Origin: Escherichia phage FH3
Sequence record: OR886155.1
Length of the DNA: 64,000 nucleotides
Direction: 5' to 3' (one strand)
A model generated the notes under the pieces. It made no database searches and had not been told where the DNA came from. It saw only the letters and a list, made by a program, of their open reading frames with translations. The translations under genes and the position numbers were made by a program. This document shows, in pieces, positions 7,711 through 18,170 of the stretch; the stretch's first letter is position 1; each line of letters starts with the position of its first letter.

Positions 7711-9484
7711 CTTTCAATTGTAAGGGCGCTATTGCCCCGCTCTCTATGAGCTTGTTTAAGTCACTATTAACTTATCTCTAACCACTCACTTTTTAAGTAG
7801 TTACAGGTAAGTGAGGCGGTCTTATCAGGAGTTAACCTTGCCGCCTCCTTATCCGTGATGTTTCATCTGGTATCTTTAATTAGTCGCTATAAACGAAGCC
7901 GACCTGATAGCGATGATCAATCATCACAATAAGGCTATGCGTCCGACTCTATTTAATTACATTGCTGTAACCGTCGGCAATATCGTTTACTTTGTTTTCG
8001 CTCCCGCTTATCCTTTGTGCCAACTCCTGATCGCTAACCATCGCCCACTACGGGAGGCTATTGCGAAAAGGTCATTGACCGCCTAATATTCCGGCGTTTT
8101 ATATCTTTCAGCAGGTTTACTACATAAACCGACTATGTACTTTCGTCATAAGACGAATATCAAGCCGTTCACATCGTAAACGTTCGCATTAAACCTTATT
8201 GTTAAATAGCAATTTGCCACTTTTTAACCACTCCCCGCCGCCCTCAATTGGGCGTTAATTCTTCGGACTTGCCTACCCTGATTAACTTCTTTCACTGTAG
8301 CACCTTGTTAGCGATGACCGCCGCTACCCTTAACCGTGGGCGATTAGCTTAAGCCGTTGCGTGTACTCAATGAATCCGTTTATCAGTGGTGACTTTTCCA
8401 GTAAGGGAATGTAAGACTGTTTACCCTGATATTTTAGGGAGTCTTACACCGTTTTATCTGGTATGCTTTCCGATGGTTATTATCATCAAGCATATTCAAC
8501 CGATATATGGGAATGTTTAAATTATTAAAGAGCGGTAAATCTATCAGTGTGCTTTCTCACACTATGCAACTGTTAGCCGTTGTTACGCTTTTCACTGAAG
8601 CGATGATTTGCTTAGTGAGTGCTCATTATGAATCATGTTGTTTTCGCTGTCAACCGCTTTTTAATCTTTTTTCGTCGTTCCCGCTATTGGGAGGATATAT
8701 CAATCAGCTTTATTTGATTGAAGATTAAGCGGTGATGCTTAACTTATGATTCATATTGTTAAAGAGCGTTAGCCTTTTAGAGTGTCTGCTAATCACTGTC
8801 ACATTTAAGGCTTACTTATTCATTAACGGGCCGCCTACACCCGAACTACTCGCTGCACTATGTGCCACTTTTCCCGCGATACGTTGATTTGGGAACTTGT
8901 TAGCGGTGTATCTGCTAACTTGTGGTTAGTATGGACTACTTTAACCACGTTTGCAACTCTTTTTATCATCTTCTTTTAATTCCTTTCCCTTATCTCGCGT
9001 GAATCTATGCGAAAGGGCAAGATGATAAGTTTTTAAAGAGCGGGATTTTTTAAGTCATCGCTGACTATGCTCACTATATATCAGGCTGTTTTCGGTGTCA
9101 ATACTCTTTTTGAGAATATTTTCACTTTCTAACCTGATTTTTAAAGAGCGGGGCAATTTCTTGCCTTGTATGTTTTACATCGTACCCGATGAAATGAAGT
9201 ATACGCTAATCAGATGAGGTTGCAATAGGGTAAAGCAAATTATTTTAAACTTTTTCACTATAGGAAGGTAAAAGAGCAGGCGCACGCGATACATCATAGA
9301 AAACGGCTTGTAAAGCGATATTTAGCGGCCTAAAACGCATCACAACGAGCTAAAAGGGAGTAAGGCATACACTCACCTCATAAAAGAGAAAAGCCTCACT
9401 AGGAGGCTTACAGGAAGGATTAGAGAATCAGATAGATTATGACCATAGGCATGACTACGGCACAATACAGAAGAAAGATTAAGC
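7711..9484. repeat. 1.8 kb ORF-free region with reiterated motifs
   Basis: TTAAAGAGCG at 8525, 8759, 9033 and 9141; two hairpin + CCGT..TGTTT(C/T)ATCTGGTAT modules near 7820-7885 and 8400-8478; CACTATAGG at 9256-9264. Confidence 0.45.
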
Positions 9485-9850
9485 CTATGGATTTACACAT
9501 TGACCGTTACCGGATGCCATTTCATTCATAGACTCATCAAAGAGCGTCAACGATGAGCGCATCAAGTGATCGACCGTAATTTGCTTACCAGTGGTTTCAT
9601 TTACCAGTTGAATAGTTTTATCATATGATTGTACATGATCGAAATCATTTACATGTAAAATAATAACTTTAGGTGACTTTTTACCAGTGTCATAGTTTTC
9701 TACAATATAGGTGCACTGTAAACCGTCAACCGTAGCAGGGGAGAACGTTGCAGCCTTAACGCTACCCATAGCTGACAGCAGGACACCTAACAGGAGAACG
9801 ACAAGGAAGAAGCCTACAATCGTTTTAACGACGAATTTAATAAACCACAT
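9485..9850 (-). CDS. membrane-anchored or secreted protein
   Basis: N-terminal hydrophobic stretch FVVKTIVGFFLVVLLLGVLLSAMG. Confidence 0.4.
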   Translation of the reverse strand: MWFIKFVVKTIVGFFLVVLLLGVLLSAMGSVKAATFSPATVDGLQCTYIVENYDTGKKSPKVIILHVNDFDHVQSYDKTIQLVNETTGKQITVDHLMRSSLTLFDESMNEMASGNGQCVNP

Positions 9851-10038
9851 AGCAATTAACCTTTAATATTGAGATTAAGCAAATCGAGAGCGGCAACAAT
9901 CAGTAAATAGTTTAAAGAAATGAAGCCCACGACAAACAAAAACAAAAACAGCACAACAGACCTTAAAGAACGTAAGAATAAAGCATGTCAGCGACGAATA
10001 ACGCCACTGTAACAACGAACAAGCAACGCCAAAAATAA

Positions 10039-10311
10039 TCATTCTTCTTCATTGCTACCCTCGCCAAAAAATGCTACGCTGATTTGTTCCACTTCTTCCA
10101 GCGACAGAAGAATCCCACGTTGGGCTAGATACTTCCCAACAGTTAGATAATCTTGCACCAAGCAGACAATAGGAAAGCGTATGTTTTGTATCTCACCTTT
10201 AGAAAGAAAAGACAAATAACCAACGTCGGTTGACTCATCAAAGGACAATGTAACGCCACCGTAATTATGCGTGTCAATTAATGCAATAGTTTCATTTCCC
10301 ATCAGTATCAC
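10039..10311 (-). CDS. small protein, paralog trio member C
   Basis: THNYGG motif shared with ORF 10318-10476. Confidence 0.35.
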   Translation of the reverse strand: MILMGNETIALIDTHNYGGVTLSFDESTDVGYLSFLSKGEIQNIRFPIVCLVQDYLTVGKYLAQRGILLSLEEVEQISVAFFGEGSNEEE

Positions 10312-10317
10312 CCTTAA

Positions 10318-10476
10318 TTAGCCCATGATTGAGCAGGTTAGCCAGCGACAAGCCACCGTCTTAATATTATCGCCGACAATAAACAAGATTAGACACTTGT
10401 CAGAGTCATCAGTATATGAGAAATCAATCCCACCATAATTGTGAGTCGGAATAGTAAAGCTATGCTCTTTAGTCAT
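10318..10476 (-). pseudogene. small ORF, paralog trio member B, possibly frameshifted
   Basis: My translation MTKEHSFTIPTHNYGGIDFSY... (52 aa); the conserved C-terminal GGLSLANLL motif is encoded out of frame. Confidence 0.3.
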
Positions 10477-10720
10477 GTATCAATCTTTCACTTAACAGGT
10501 TAGCCAGTGACAAATCACCTTTGATATAGATGTCACGAAAATCAGCACGGGTAATTTCAAGGCCAGCAAATTTCAACCATTTTTTAGCTGACTGAAAATC
10601 CATTTTGCAAAAAGTGATAATAGGCACGATAAGCTGACCATCAAGCGTATTAAACATGATAGCAGTATCGCCAACAAAACAAGAAAAGTCGTTAGATAAT
10701 TCAACTTCTTTAATAGCCAT
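10469..10720 (-). CDS. small protein, paralog trio member A
   Basis: C-terminus GDLSLANLLSERLIHD; about 30 nt of its 3' end recurs at 10326-10355. Confidence 0.35.
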   Translation of the reverse strand: MAIKEVELSNDFSCFVGDTAIMFNTLDGQLIVPIITFCKMDFQSAKKWLKFAGLEITRADFRDIYIKGDLSLANLLSERLIHD

Positions 10721-10756
10721 TATTTATACTCCCAAAAGATTGGCAAATTAATTTAT

Positions 10757-11248
10757 TCACTTACTAGCCTTAATGCAGTTGGCTAAATTAACGTGAACAG
10801 TATAAACAGCGTTGTCAGCGTTATTGTAAACAGTTGTGGCGATCATCGACTCATTAACCGGACCATAACTCACAAGATTAGTAACGGCTTTAACGTCTTC
10901 ATAACGTTGTACAGTGCCAAATGTCACCATATCCATATCGTTATCGGTACGCTTAAGCACCAAATCACTGTTAGGCTGATTATCTAGCGTTTTAGATTGA
11001 AAGAGAACGCCATCATTAGTAACGTTGCTAAATTTCATCTTTAACACGATGGAAGTGCCATCACTATCAGCACCGTTACAAATCATCCAACCCTTATTGA
11101 TGGAACTAGAGAAGACACTAGCCGCATCAGTTGCAGGAGTAGGACTAGCGATAGCCTTATCAGAAAGAGATGTGACCAGTGCACTAACACCAATCGCTGC
11201 AACTAGTGCATAACTTGCCAGATTAACTACCTGCATTGCTTTAGCCAT
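10757..11248 (-). CDS. secreted protein with signal peptide
   Basis: N-terminus MQVVNLASYALVAAIGVSALVTSLS... typical cleavable signal peptide. Confidence 0.4.
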   Translation of the reverse strand: MAKAMQVVNLASYALVAAIGVSALVTSLSDKAIASPTPATDAASVFSSSINKGWMICNGADSDGTSIVLKMKFSNVTNDGVLFQSKTLDNQPNSDLVLKRTDNDMDMVTFGTVQRYEDVKAVTNLVSYGPVNESMIATTVYNNADNAVYTVHVNLANCIKASK

Positions 11249-12015
11249 TTCGTTACTCCTTAGATAGATTCAGTCAACTGTCATCAACTATATATTAAAG
11301 GAAAAGACTGTCAACCATCTATTTTCTAACTTTCTTGCATCCTACTGAAAACTAAAGGAATTTAATTTACTAAACTTTCCATACTCAGAGAATCAGCTTA
11401 CTTCTTATTGTTACTTTATAACACTACGGGTAACAGACCAACAGACCAGGACAAACGGGGATACAACAACCGCAGGACAGACCACGGGGAAACACAGCCA
11501 GATAGTGCGGTAGTAATATACCACTTAAATAATTGTATAACTCAAACATCAAAGACGTTCGCTACGCTCACAAAGGCACGCTGAAAAAGAAAGTAATAAA
11601 AGAAACAATTAAAAGAAATACAATCATCCACTTAATTAATACATACATCATTATTGCACTCATAATCATTACTATTGAAACTATTTACACTCAAACTATG
11701 GGGGATGGAACGGTAACAATACGGTATTATTAGACCTGTTATGATTGTGCCTGTACAGTGCTAGCCTTTCTCTCACTCTTTAAAGGGGTACTAAATAAAC
11801 GGGTAGGTAATGTATTGGGTAGTATACACGGGGGAATAATTACGGGGAGTAGGCACGGGGAAAGGTGGAACATGTAAAGGGAAGGTAAAGGCATTGCCAA
11901 TAACCCTTTTTTAAATGAGGACTCCCCCTTTTTAGGAAACGCGCGGGAAGCGGCTAGCCCCACTCGGTCAAATCAGAATTTTAAACTCTTATATATAAGC
12001 TTAAGAGAGGACTTA
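11249..12015. promoter_or_regulatory. divergent intergenic control region
   Basis: Lies between the minus-strand early block and plus-strand genes; ACGGGG-type motifs clustered at 11426-11490 and 11798-11862; AT-rich tract 11580-11740. Confidence 0.35.
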
Positions 12016-12177
12016 ATGAATCTAATTAAAGTATTTAGACGGATGAAGTGTAAGCACAATTACTATCTTCTTCGTAAAGCTTACGGGGATGAAAGAATAC
12101 ATGGTTTGTATCTATCAACATGGAAGTGTAAGGAATGTGGTAAGTTGAGATTCAGTACGTGGGTGGATAAGCCTTAA
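12016..12177 (+). CDS. small Zn-ribbon-like protein (53 aa, below ORF-track cutoff)
   Basis: My translation MNLIKVFRRMKCKHNYY...WKCKECGKLRF. Confidence 0.3.
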   Translation: MNLIKVFRRMKCKHNYYLLRKAYGDERIHGLYLSTWKCKECGKLRFSTWVDKP

Positions 12178-12391
12178 CGTGACATGGCCTTTATGGGGGT
12201 GCCTTAACATGAAGTCCCCTTTATGTCTTAACTTTATCAGAGGGATTTATGACTGAAGATGAATATGGTAGCTTCTCTGAAGAAGACTACGAAAATGAAT
12301 ACAGGTATGCTCGCGGGTGTCAATGTGAGGGTGCCTTTACGGGTAGGTCTTATGATGTGCCCTTTATACTCTTATTCAGAGGAGAAGAATT

Positions 12392-12658
12392 ATGAATTTA
12401 GTATTAGACTTTTTATCAGAGTTGATTCCACGGTTCAGAACGGAGAAATGTGCCTTCATTAAAGAATCCTCTGATAAGTATGGAGATGGTGAGATGATGG
12501 AACTCACTTGCATTGGTCGTCTGGTTGACTTAGGTGATGAAACAGATTTCGATGTTACGATGGATGTTAGCAGTTTAGGTTGGTTATTCTTCAGAGCATT
12601 CGTATCGTACAAATATGAAACATTTAAAGATTACAGCAAGGGAGGGACAGATGAATAA
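12392..12658 (+). CDS. hypothetical acidic protein
   Basis: ORF track. Confidence 0.35.
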   Translation: MNLVLDFLSELIPRFRTEKCAFIKESSDKYGDGEMMELTCIGRLVDLGDETDFDVTMDVSSLGWLFFRAFVSYKYETFKDYSKGGTDE

Positions 12659-13220
12659 TTTAATCAAAGCGATGGACCTTAACGAGTATAATTCACAGCT
12701 GTGTCGCTCTGGCTGTAGCTTACAACGTTTAGAAACTATGGGAAATGTTTCAGGATTGGCTGTACAAGATTTATATAGTGGAAGTATTCTTAAACCAAAT
12801 ATTACGGAGAACAAAAACATGTTAGATTTGATTCATACTACTCGCCCTAACTCTAAAACTAAATCAGCACCATCTACTCTGGAAGTAGTTGAGTATGAGT
12901 CTACTAAACATGATCACCTCCCTGACTATGCTCGTGCAATGATTGAGATGATTGAAGAAGCTGAATATGAAATGCTCCATGATTACATTACCTCCAAAGA
13001 TGAATGGCATCGTGATGTTCGAATCGAAGAAGATGGTACAGAAATAATTACGTGGATTCATAAGAGTGAGCTAGTAGACGACGCACTGCGAGACTACGAA
13101 AAATTTTTGGTCGACGGCTCTATTCTTTTAGAGGAAGAGAAGGGTGTAGAACTTCCGTGGGAAGGTGAGACGATTGCTCTAGGTAAGATGTTTAACCTGT
13201 CCGTTGGTGATTGTAAGTAA
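12615..13220 (+). CDS. hypothetical protein
   Basis: ORF track, 201 aa, followed by a terminator hairpin. Confidence 0.4.
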   Translation: MKHLKITAREGQMNNLIKAMDLNEYNSQLCRSGCSLQRLETMGNVSGLAVQDLYSGSILKPNITENKNMLDLIHTTRPNSKTKSAPSTLEVVEYESTKHDHLPDYARAMIEMIEEAEYEMLHDYITSKDEWHRDVRIEEDGTEIITWIHKSELVDDALRDYEKFLVDGSILLEEEKGVELPWEGETIALGKMFNLSVGDCK

Positions 13221-13225
13221 TATTT

Positions 13226-13248
13226 GCCTCCATTGGGAGGCTTTTTGT
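13226..13248 (+). terminator. rho-independent terminator
   Basis: GCCTCC-ATTG-GGAGGC followed by TTTTT. Confidence 0.45.
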
Positions 13249-13276
13249 GTTGTTGATAATGTAGAAGGAGTATAAA

Positions 13277-13750
13277 ATGTTTGGAGAAAACGGAGAACTC
13301 ACGCCTGCACAGGTAGCTGAGATTACAGGAAGATTACCCGGAGTAACGGAAGAACTTGAAGGCCGTGGTATGAACCCAAGCAATGGGAAGTTTCAAAAGG
13401 GAAATAAATTCGGACGACCCAGAGGTAGTAGAGGTAAACTGACACAATTAATGTTGGACCGTGTTGCTGCAAGTCATTTGTCTCCTGATGAAGTGTTAAT
13501 TCAAATTTACGAAGATCCTAATATTCCACCTGATCTTAGATTCAAGGCTGCATCAAAAGTTGCAGATCTGGTATATCCTAAGGCGGCCTCTGTTGAAGTT
13601 AAGATTGAGGAAGAGAATGTAATCAACGAAGAATCATTGAATGCACAAATCAAGGACTTCTTGACTGGAGCACTTGGTATCGACGTTATGCCTCCAGAAG
13701 AAGACAACTCTGAGGACGCTGAAAAGGGGGAGGAAGCGGACGAGAGTTAA
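13277..13750 (+). CDS. putative terminase small subunit
   Basis: Directly upstream of the large terminase; basic GRPRGSRG stretch and acidic C-terminus; assignment is positional. Confidence 0.4.
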   Translation: MFGENGELTPAQVAEITGRLPGVTEELEGRGMNPSNGKFQKGNKFGRPRGSRGKLTQLMLDRVAASHLSPDEVLIQIYEDPNIPPDLRFKAASKVADLVYPKAASVEVKIEEENVINEESLNAQIKDFLTGALGIDVMPPEEDNSEDAEKGEEADES

Positions 13751-13911
13751 GTAAAGGAAACAGGGAGCTGTCGAAGAACATCTGATTAGCAATCTGAGGA
13801 TTGTTATAGTTTTATTGCCACGATGTTCTTTTACAGTGTACCCTTGTAGTGGAGAGGGGAGGTTCTTTGACGAAGGGACTTTCCCTTTTCTATTTTTAAA
13901 CTGGAGGAAGT

Positions 13912-15453
13912 ATGTCATTAGATAAACAAATTTATGAAGCTCTAACTGGTAACAACCTTAGTGTAGAGGAAAAGAAAGCACTATTGAATATGTTGAAAGA
14001 GCGTGACCAATGGAGGAAGTATAATAAGATTTTGTCTTTCAAGGCGTATGACTTCCAAAAGAAATTTTATGCAGCAGGATTGAAGCATCGCTTTAGATTC
14101 TTGTGTGCAGCGAACCGTGTTGGTAAATCTTACAGCGAGGCATATGAGTTTGCTTGTCATGTCACAGGTCGCTACCCAACTTGGTGGACAGGATATAAAT
14201 TTAAAAGACCTATCTTAGCATGGGCAGTTGGTATTACAGGGGATTCCACAAGGAAAGTATTGCAAAAGGAATTGTTTGGTACACCTATCGGAAAGGATAC
14301 AAACTTATTGGGGACAGGTGTCATTCCTCGTGATGCTATCGTCATTGACACGATAGAACGAGATGGTAACAAACTTCAAATCGTACAAATTAAACATCAA
14401 AATGAGAGAGGAGAATTTGACGGTTTAAGTACATTAGAATTCCGTTCAACCCAACAGGGTGAACACACATTGATGGGTGCAACAGTTGACTACATTTGGT
14501 TAGACGAAGAAGATCCATACGAGTCTATGGCTATATTCGCACAGTGCGTCACACGTACACTCACAACTAAAGGTCTAGTTACAATTACAGCTACACCAGA
14601 GAACGGTTTAACTGAACTGGTAGATAAATTTATGAAAGGTGAAGGGGATGAGAACACAGGTTCTCTATATTTCCAGAATGCTTCTTGGTGGGATGCTCAT
14701 GCAGACCTAGGTGGACATATCACTGACCAAGATATAAAAGATATGACTGAAGGTATTCCAGCGTGGCAGTTAGAGATGCGTTCGAAAGGTATGCCATTGT
14801 TAGGAAGTGGTTTGATATATGATGTATCGGATGACACAATTAAATGTGAACCATTCGAAATTCCTGATACGTGGAAACGTGTCTGTGCAATTGATATTGG
14901 TATTGATCACCCAACTGCTGCTGTTTGGACAGCTTACGATGCAAACACGGATACTATCTATGTTTACGACTCATATAAAGAAGGTGGCTTTACTCCAGTG
15001 TATCATGCTCCAGCTATTAATGGTCGTGGTCAGTGGATTCCTGTCATCCTACCGCACGATGCGGACAATATTGAGAAAGGTAGTGGCTCATCTGTTGCTC
15101 AATTCTATAAGAATGCAGGGGTTAACGTACAGAGTGAGACCTTCTACAACAAAATTGGAATGGATGGTAAAAAGAACTTCTTTGTAGAACCGGGAATCAC
15201 AGATATCCGAGAAAGAATGATGAGTGGACGCTTTAAAATCTTTAACACAGCCGCTAACGCTAAGCTATTCGAAGAGAAAGCTAGATATCACCGTAAGGTT
15301 GGTAAGATTATTAAAGAACATGATGACTTAATGGATGCAATGCGCTATTCAGCGTGCTCTGTTACACATCGTGGTCGCTCTAAGCATGACGTTAGCTACG
15401 GAAGTGCTTCTCTGTATGAGGCAAACGTAAGCAGATGGAATCAGAGTTACTAA
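13912..15453 (+). CDS. terL: terminase large subunit
   Basis: 513 aa; Walker-A-like RVGKS, IWLDEEDP Walker B, C-terminal nuclease-like region; sits just upstream of portal. Confidence 0.85.
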   Translation: MSLDKQIYEALTGNNLSVEEKKALLNMLKERDQWRKYNKILSFKAYDFQKKFYAAGLKHRFRFLCAANRVGKSYSEAYEFACHVTGRYPTWWTGYKFKRPILAWAVGITGDSTRKVLQKELFGTPIGKDTNLLGTGVIPRDAIVIDTIERDGNKLQIVQIKHQNERGEFDGLSTLEFRSTQQGEHTLMGATVDYIWLDEEDPYESMAIFAQCVTRTLTTKGLVTITATPENGLTELVDKFMKGEGDENTGSLYFQNASWWDAHADLGGHITDQDIKDMTEGIPAWQLEMRSKGMPLLGSGLIYDVSDDTIKCEPFEIPDTWKRVCAIDIGIDHPTAAVWTAYDANTDTIYVYDSYKEGGFTPVYHAPAINGRGQWIPVILPHDADNIEKGSGSSVAQFYKNAGVNVQSETFYNKIGMDGKKNFFVEPGITDIRERMMSGRFKIFNTAANAKLFEEKARYHRKVGKIIKEHDDLMDAMRYSACSVTHRGRSKHDVSYGSASLYEANVSRWNQSY

Positions 15454-15623
15454 AATCCTAAGAGTTTCTAGAGAGGTTTAGGCCAGAGATTAGCCTTTCT
15501 AACACAGGGGGGGCAAGCATTCTGGCGGCTTGTTGGGGAGAGTAGGCTACGACCTCCCTTTTAGTCTTGTGGTTAAGAAATATAGGTGATTTGCTACCTT
15601 AAGTGCAGCTAGAAAGAAAAACA

Positions 15624-15654
15624 AGGGGGAGGTTTGTCCTCCCCTCTTTTATTT
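15624..15654 (+). terminator. rho-independent terminator
   Basis: GGGGGAGG-TTTGT-CCTCCCC followed by TCTTTTATTT. Confidence 0.45.
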
Positions 15655-15680
15655 AAGCTATCAACCGAGGGAGAGAATAG

Positions 15681-17924
15681 ATGGCTAAGCAAAAATATAG
15701 TGAAGAGGTGTTGGACGAGTTACGTGTTGACCTTCAACGTCGTTTTAATTACGCTCAAGGCTACGTGGACATGGCTGTTAAGGGCTATGCTCGTGAAGCT
15801 TGGGAATATTTCTATGGTAACTTACCTGCACCAGTAACTGCTGGCAGCTCTAGTTGGGTAGATCGTACTGTTTGGGAGTCTGTTAACGGTACATTGCAAG
15901 ATATTATTAACGTATTCTGTTCTGGTGATGAAGCAGTTACTTTCGTAGCTGACAACCAACAGGATTCTGATGCTGCCGATGTAGCAACTAAATTAGTTAA
16001 CCAAATTCTTCTGCGTGATAATCCGGGATACAATATTATCTCTTCTGCCGCACAAGAATGTCTGGTTACTCGTAACTCTTTTATCAAATACTATTGGGAT
16101 GAGCAAACTTCTACTCAAACTGAAGAAGCTGAAGGTGTACCACCGGAAGCATTAGCTGCATATGTTCAGGGATTAGAAGCTGGTGGACTCAAGAATCTGG
16201 AAATCTTCACTGAAGAAAATGAAGATGGTACAGTAGATGTTAAAGTTACTTACGAACAAACTGTTAAACGTGTGAAAGTTGAATACGTTCCTTCAGAGCA
16301 AATCTTTGTTGATGAACATGCTACCTCTTTTGCAGATGCACAATATTTCTGTCATCGTGTACGTCGTTCTAAAGAAGATCTGGTTGCTATGGGATTCCCT
16401 AAAGATGAGATTGAAGCATTCAACGACTGGACAGACACGATGGACACTACTCAATCTACAGTTGCTTGGTCTCGTACTGACTGGCGTCAGGACATTGATG
16501 CTGATATTGGTACAGATACCGAAGATATCGCTTCTATGGTTTGGGTTTATGAGCACTATATTCGTACTGGTGTTCTAGATAAGAATAAAGAGTCTAAACT
16601 CTATCAGGTTATCCAAGCTGGTGAGCATATCCTTCACACTGAAGAAGTAACTCACATTCCGTTTGTAACCTTCTGCCCATATCCTATTCCGGGTTCCTTC
16701 TATGGTCAATCAGTCTATGACATTACGAAAGATATTCAAGATTTACGTACCGCGTTAGTTCGTGGTTATATTGATAACGTCAACAATGCTAACTATGGTC
16801 GATACAAGGCTCTTGTTGGTGCATACGATCGTCGCTCTCTGCTTGATAACCGTCCCGGTGGAGTGGTTGAAATGGAACGTCAGGATGCTATTGACCTGTT
16901 CCCATACCATAACCTACCTCAAGGTATTGACGGCCTCCTAGGTATGTCTGAGGAGCTTAAAGAGACACGTACAGGTGTAACCAAACTAGGCATGGGTATC
17001 AACCCTGATGTGTTTAAGAATGATAACGCTTATGCAACTGTAGGCTTGATGATGAATGCTGCACAGAACCGTCTCCGTATGGTATGTCGTAACATTGCTC
17101 ACAATGGTATGGTTGAATTGATGCGTGGTATTTACAACCTTATCAGAGAAAATGGTGAAGTTCCTATTGAGGTACAAACCCCTCGTGGTATGATTCAGGT
17201 TAACCCTAAACAATTACCAGCTCGTCACAATCTTCAAGTTGTTGTAGCTATCTCTCCTAACGAGAAAGCAGAACGTGCACAGAAACTGATTAGCTTGAAA
17301 CAGCTGATTGCAGCAGATGCACAGTTAGCACCTCTCTTTGGTTTGGAGCAAGACCGTTACATGACTGCACAGATCTTTGAGTTGATGGGTATTAAAGACA
17401 CTCATAAATATCTTCTGCCTCTGGAACAGTATCAGCCTCCTGAACCTTCTCCGATGGAAATTCTCCAGCTTGAGATGACTAAAGCACAGGTTGAGAACGT
17501 ACAGGCTTCTTCTCAGAAGATGATTGCTGATGCATTCGACCAACGTGAACGTACTACATTCGAACAGCAGAAAGCTGCGGATGAATTAAGTCTGCGTCAG
17601 GAAGAGTTGCAGTTCAAGCAAGAAAATGCAGCAGATGCAATGACTCTGGAAAACCGTAAAGAAGATAACAATGCTACTCTGGAACAAGCTAAGCACAAGT
17701 TAGCTCTTATGCAACAGCAGGTCCGTCAGTATGAATCTGTACTGAAAGAATTGCAGATGGTTATGTCTCATCAGGTAGACCAAGAGAAGATTGTTCAGCA
17801 AGCTCGTGTTCAGGACAAAACTTTGGAACTCCAAAAGAAAGAAGTTAATGTAACTAAGAAAGAGCAACAAGCTTCTCTCAAAGATTCACGGATTCCAGGC
17901 AAACGTCTTGGAAGTAAAAACTAA
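15681..17924 (+). CDS. portal protein
   Basis: 747 aa, between terminase and scaffold/capsid genes; long C-terminal coiled-coil tail. Confidence 0.75.
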   Translation: MAKQKYSEEVLDELRVDLQRRFNYAQGYVDMAVKGYAREAWEYFYGNLPAPVTAGSSSWVDRTVWESVNGTLQDIINVFCSGDEAVTFVADNQQDSDAADVATKLVNQILLRDNPGYNIISSAAQECLVTRNSFIKYYWDEQTSTQTEEAEGVPPEALAAYVQGLEAGGLKNLEIFTEENEDGTVDVKVTYEQTVKRVKVEYVPSEQIFVDEHATSFADAQYFCHRVRRSKEDLVAMGFPKDEIEAFNDWTDTMDTTQSTVAWSRTDWRQDIDADIGTDTEDIASMVWVYEHYIRTGVLDKNKESKLYQVIQAGEHILHTEEVTHIPFVTFCPYPIPGSFYGQSVYDITKDIQDLRTALVRGYIDNVNNANYGRYKALVGAYDRRSLLDNRPGGVVEMERQDAIDLFPYHNLPQGIDGLLGMSEELKETRTGVTKLGMGINPDVFKNDNAYATVGLMMNAAQNRLRMVCRNIAHNGMVELMRGIYNLIRENGEVPIEVQTPRGMIQVNPKQLPARHNLQVVVAISPNEKAERAQKLISLKQLIAADAQLAPLFGLEQDRYMTAQIFELMGIKDTHKYLLPLEQYQPPEPSPMEILQLEMTKAQVENVQASSQKMIADAFDQRERTTFEQQKAADELSLRQEELQFKQENAADAMTLENRKEDNNATLEQAKHKLALMQQQVRQYESVLKELQMVMSHQVDQEKIVQQARVQDKTLELQKKEVNVTKKEQQASLKDSRIPGKRLGSKN

Positions 17925-17933
17925 GGACGTCGA

Positions 17934-18170
17934 ATGAACATTAGACATCAATTTAATAAAGAGCACGCCGCCGCTTTGGCGGCTCTCAACCTTAACGGCA
18001 GTCTTGACGCAGCATTAGAGGCATTGAAAGAAAGACTCATGACAGAGATAGTTCAAACAGAACCTCATGAGAATAAGAAACGCGAAGATTGTTATCAAAA
18101 GTATAAAATGGTTGGTAGCTTAAAAGAGGTCATAAAAGCTGCTATCAATAGTGCAGGAGATGTTTCATAA
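17934..18170 (+). CDS. small protein between portal and scaffold
   Basis: ORF track, 78 aa. Confidence 0.3.
   Translation: MNIRHQFNKEHAAALAALNLNGSLDAALEALKERLMTEIVQTEPHENKKREDCYQKYKMVGSLKEVIKAAINSAGDVS

Noticed and set aside
8507-8728. Plus-strand ORF inside the 1.8 kb non-coding region
   Set aside because: No RBS, lies within the repeat-bearing region and reads as hydrophobic low-complexity sequence; probably spurious.
8525-9150. CRISPR array suggested by four TTAAAGAGCG repeats
   Set aside because: Repeats are only 10 nt, spacing is irregular (234, 274, 108 nt) and no cas genes are present; more consistent with promoter or iteron elements.
9256-9264. Definite T7-type RNA polymerase promoter
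   Set aside because: Only one 9-nt core match was found and no single-subunit RNAP gene is in the window; left as a hypothesis.
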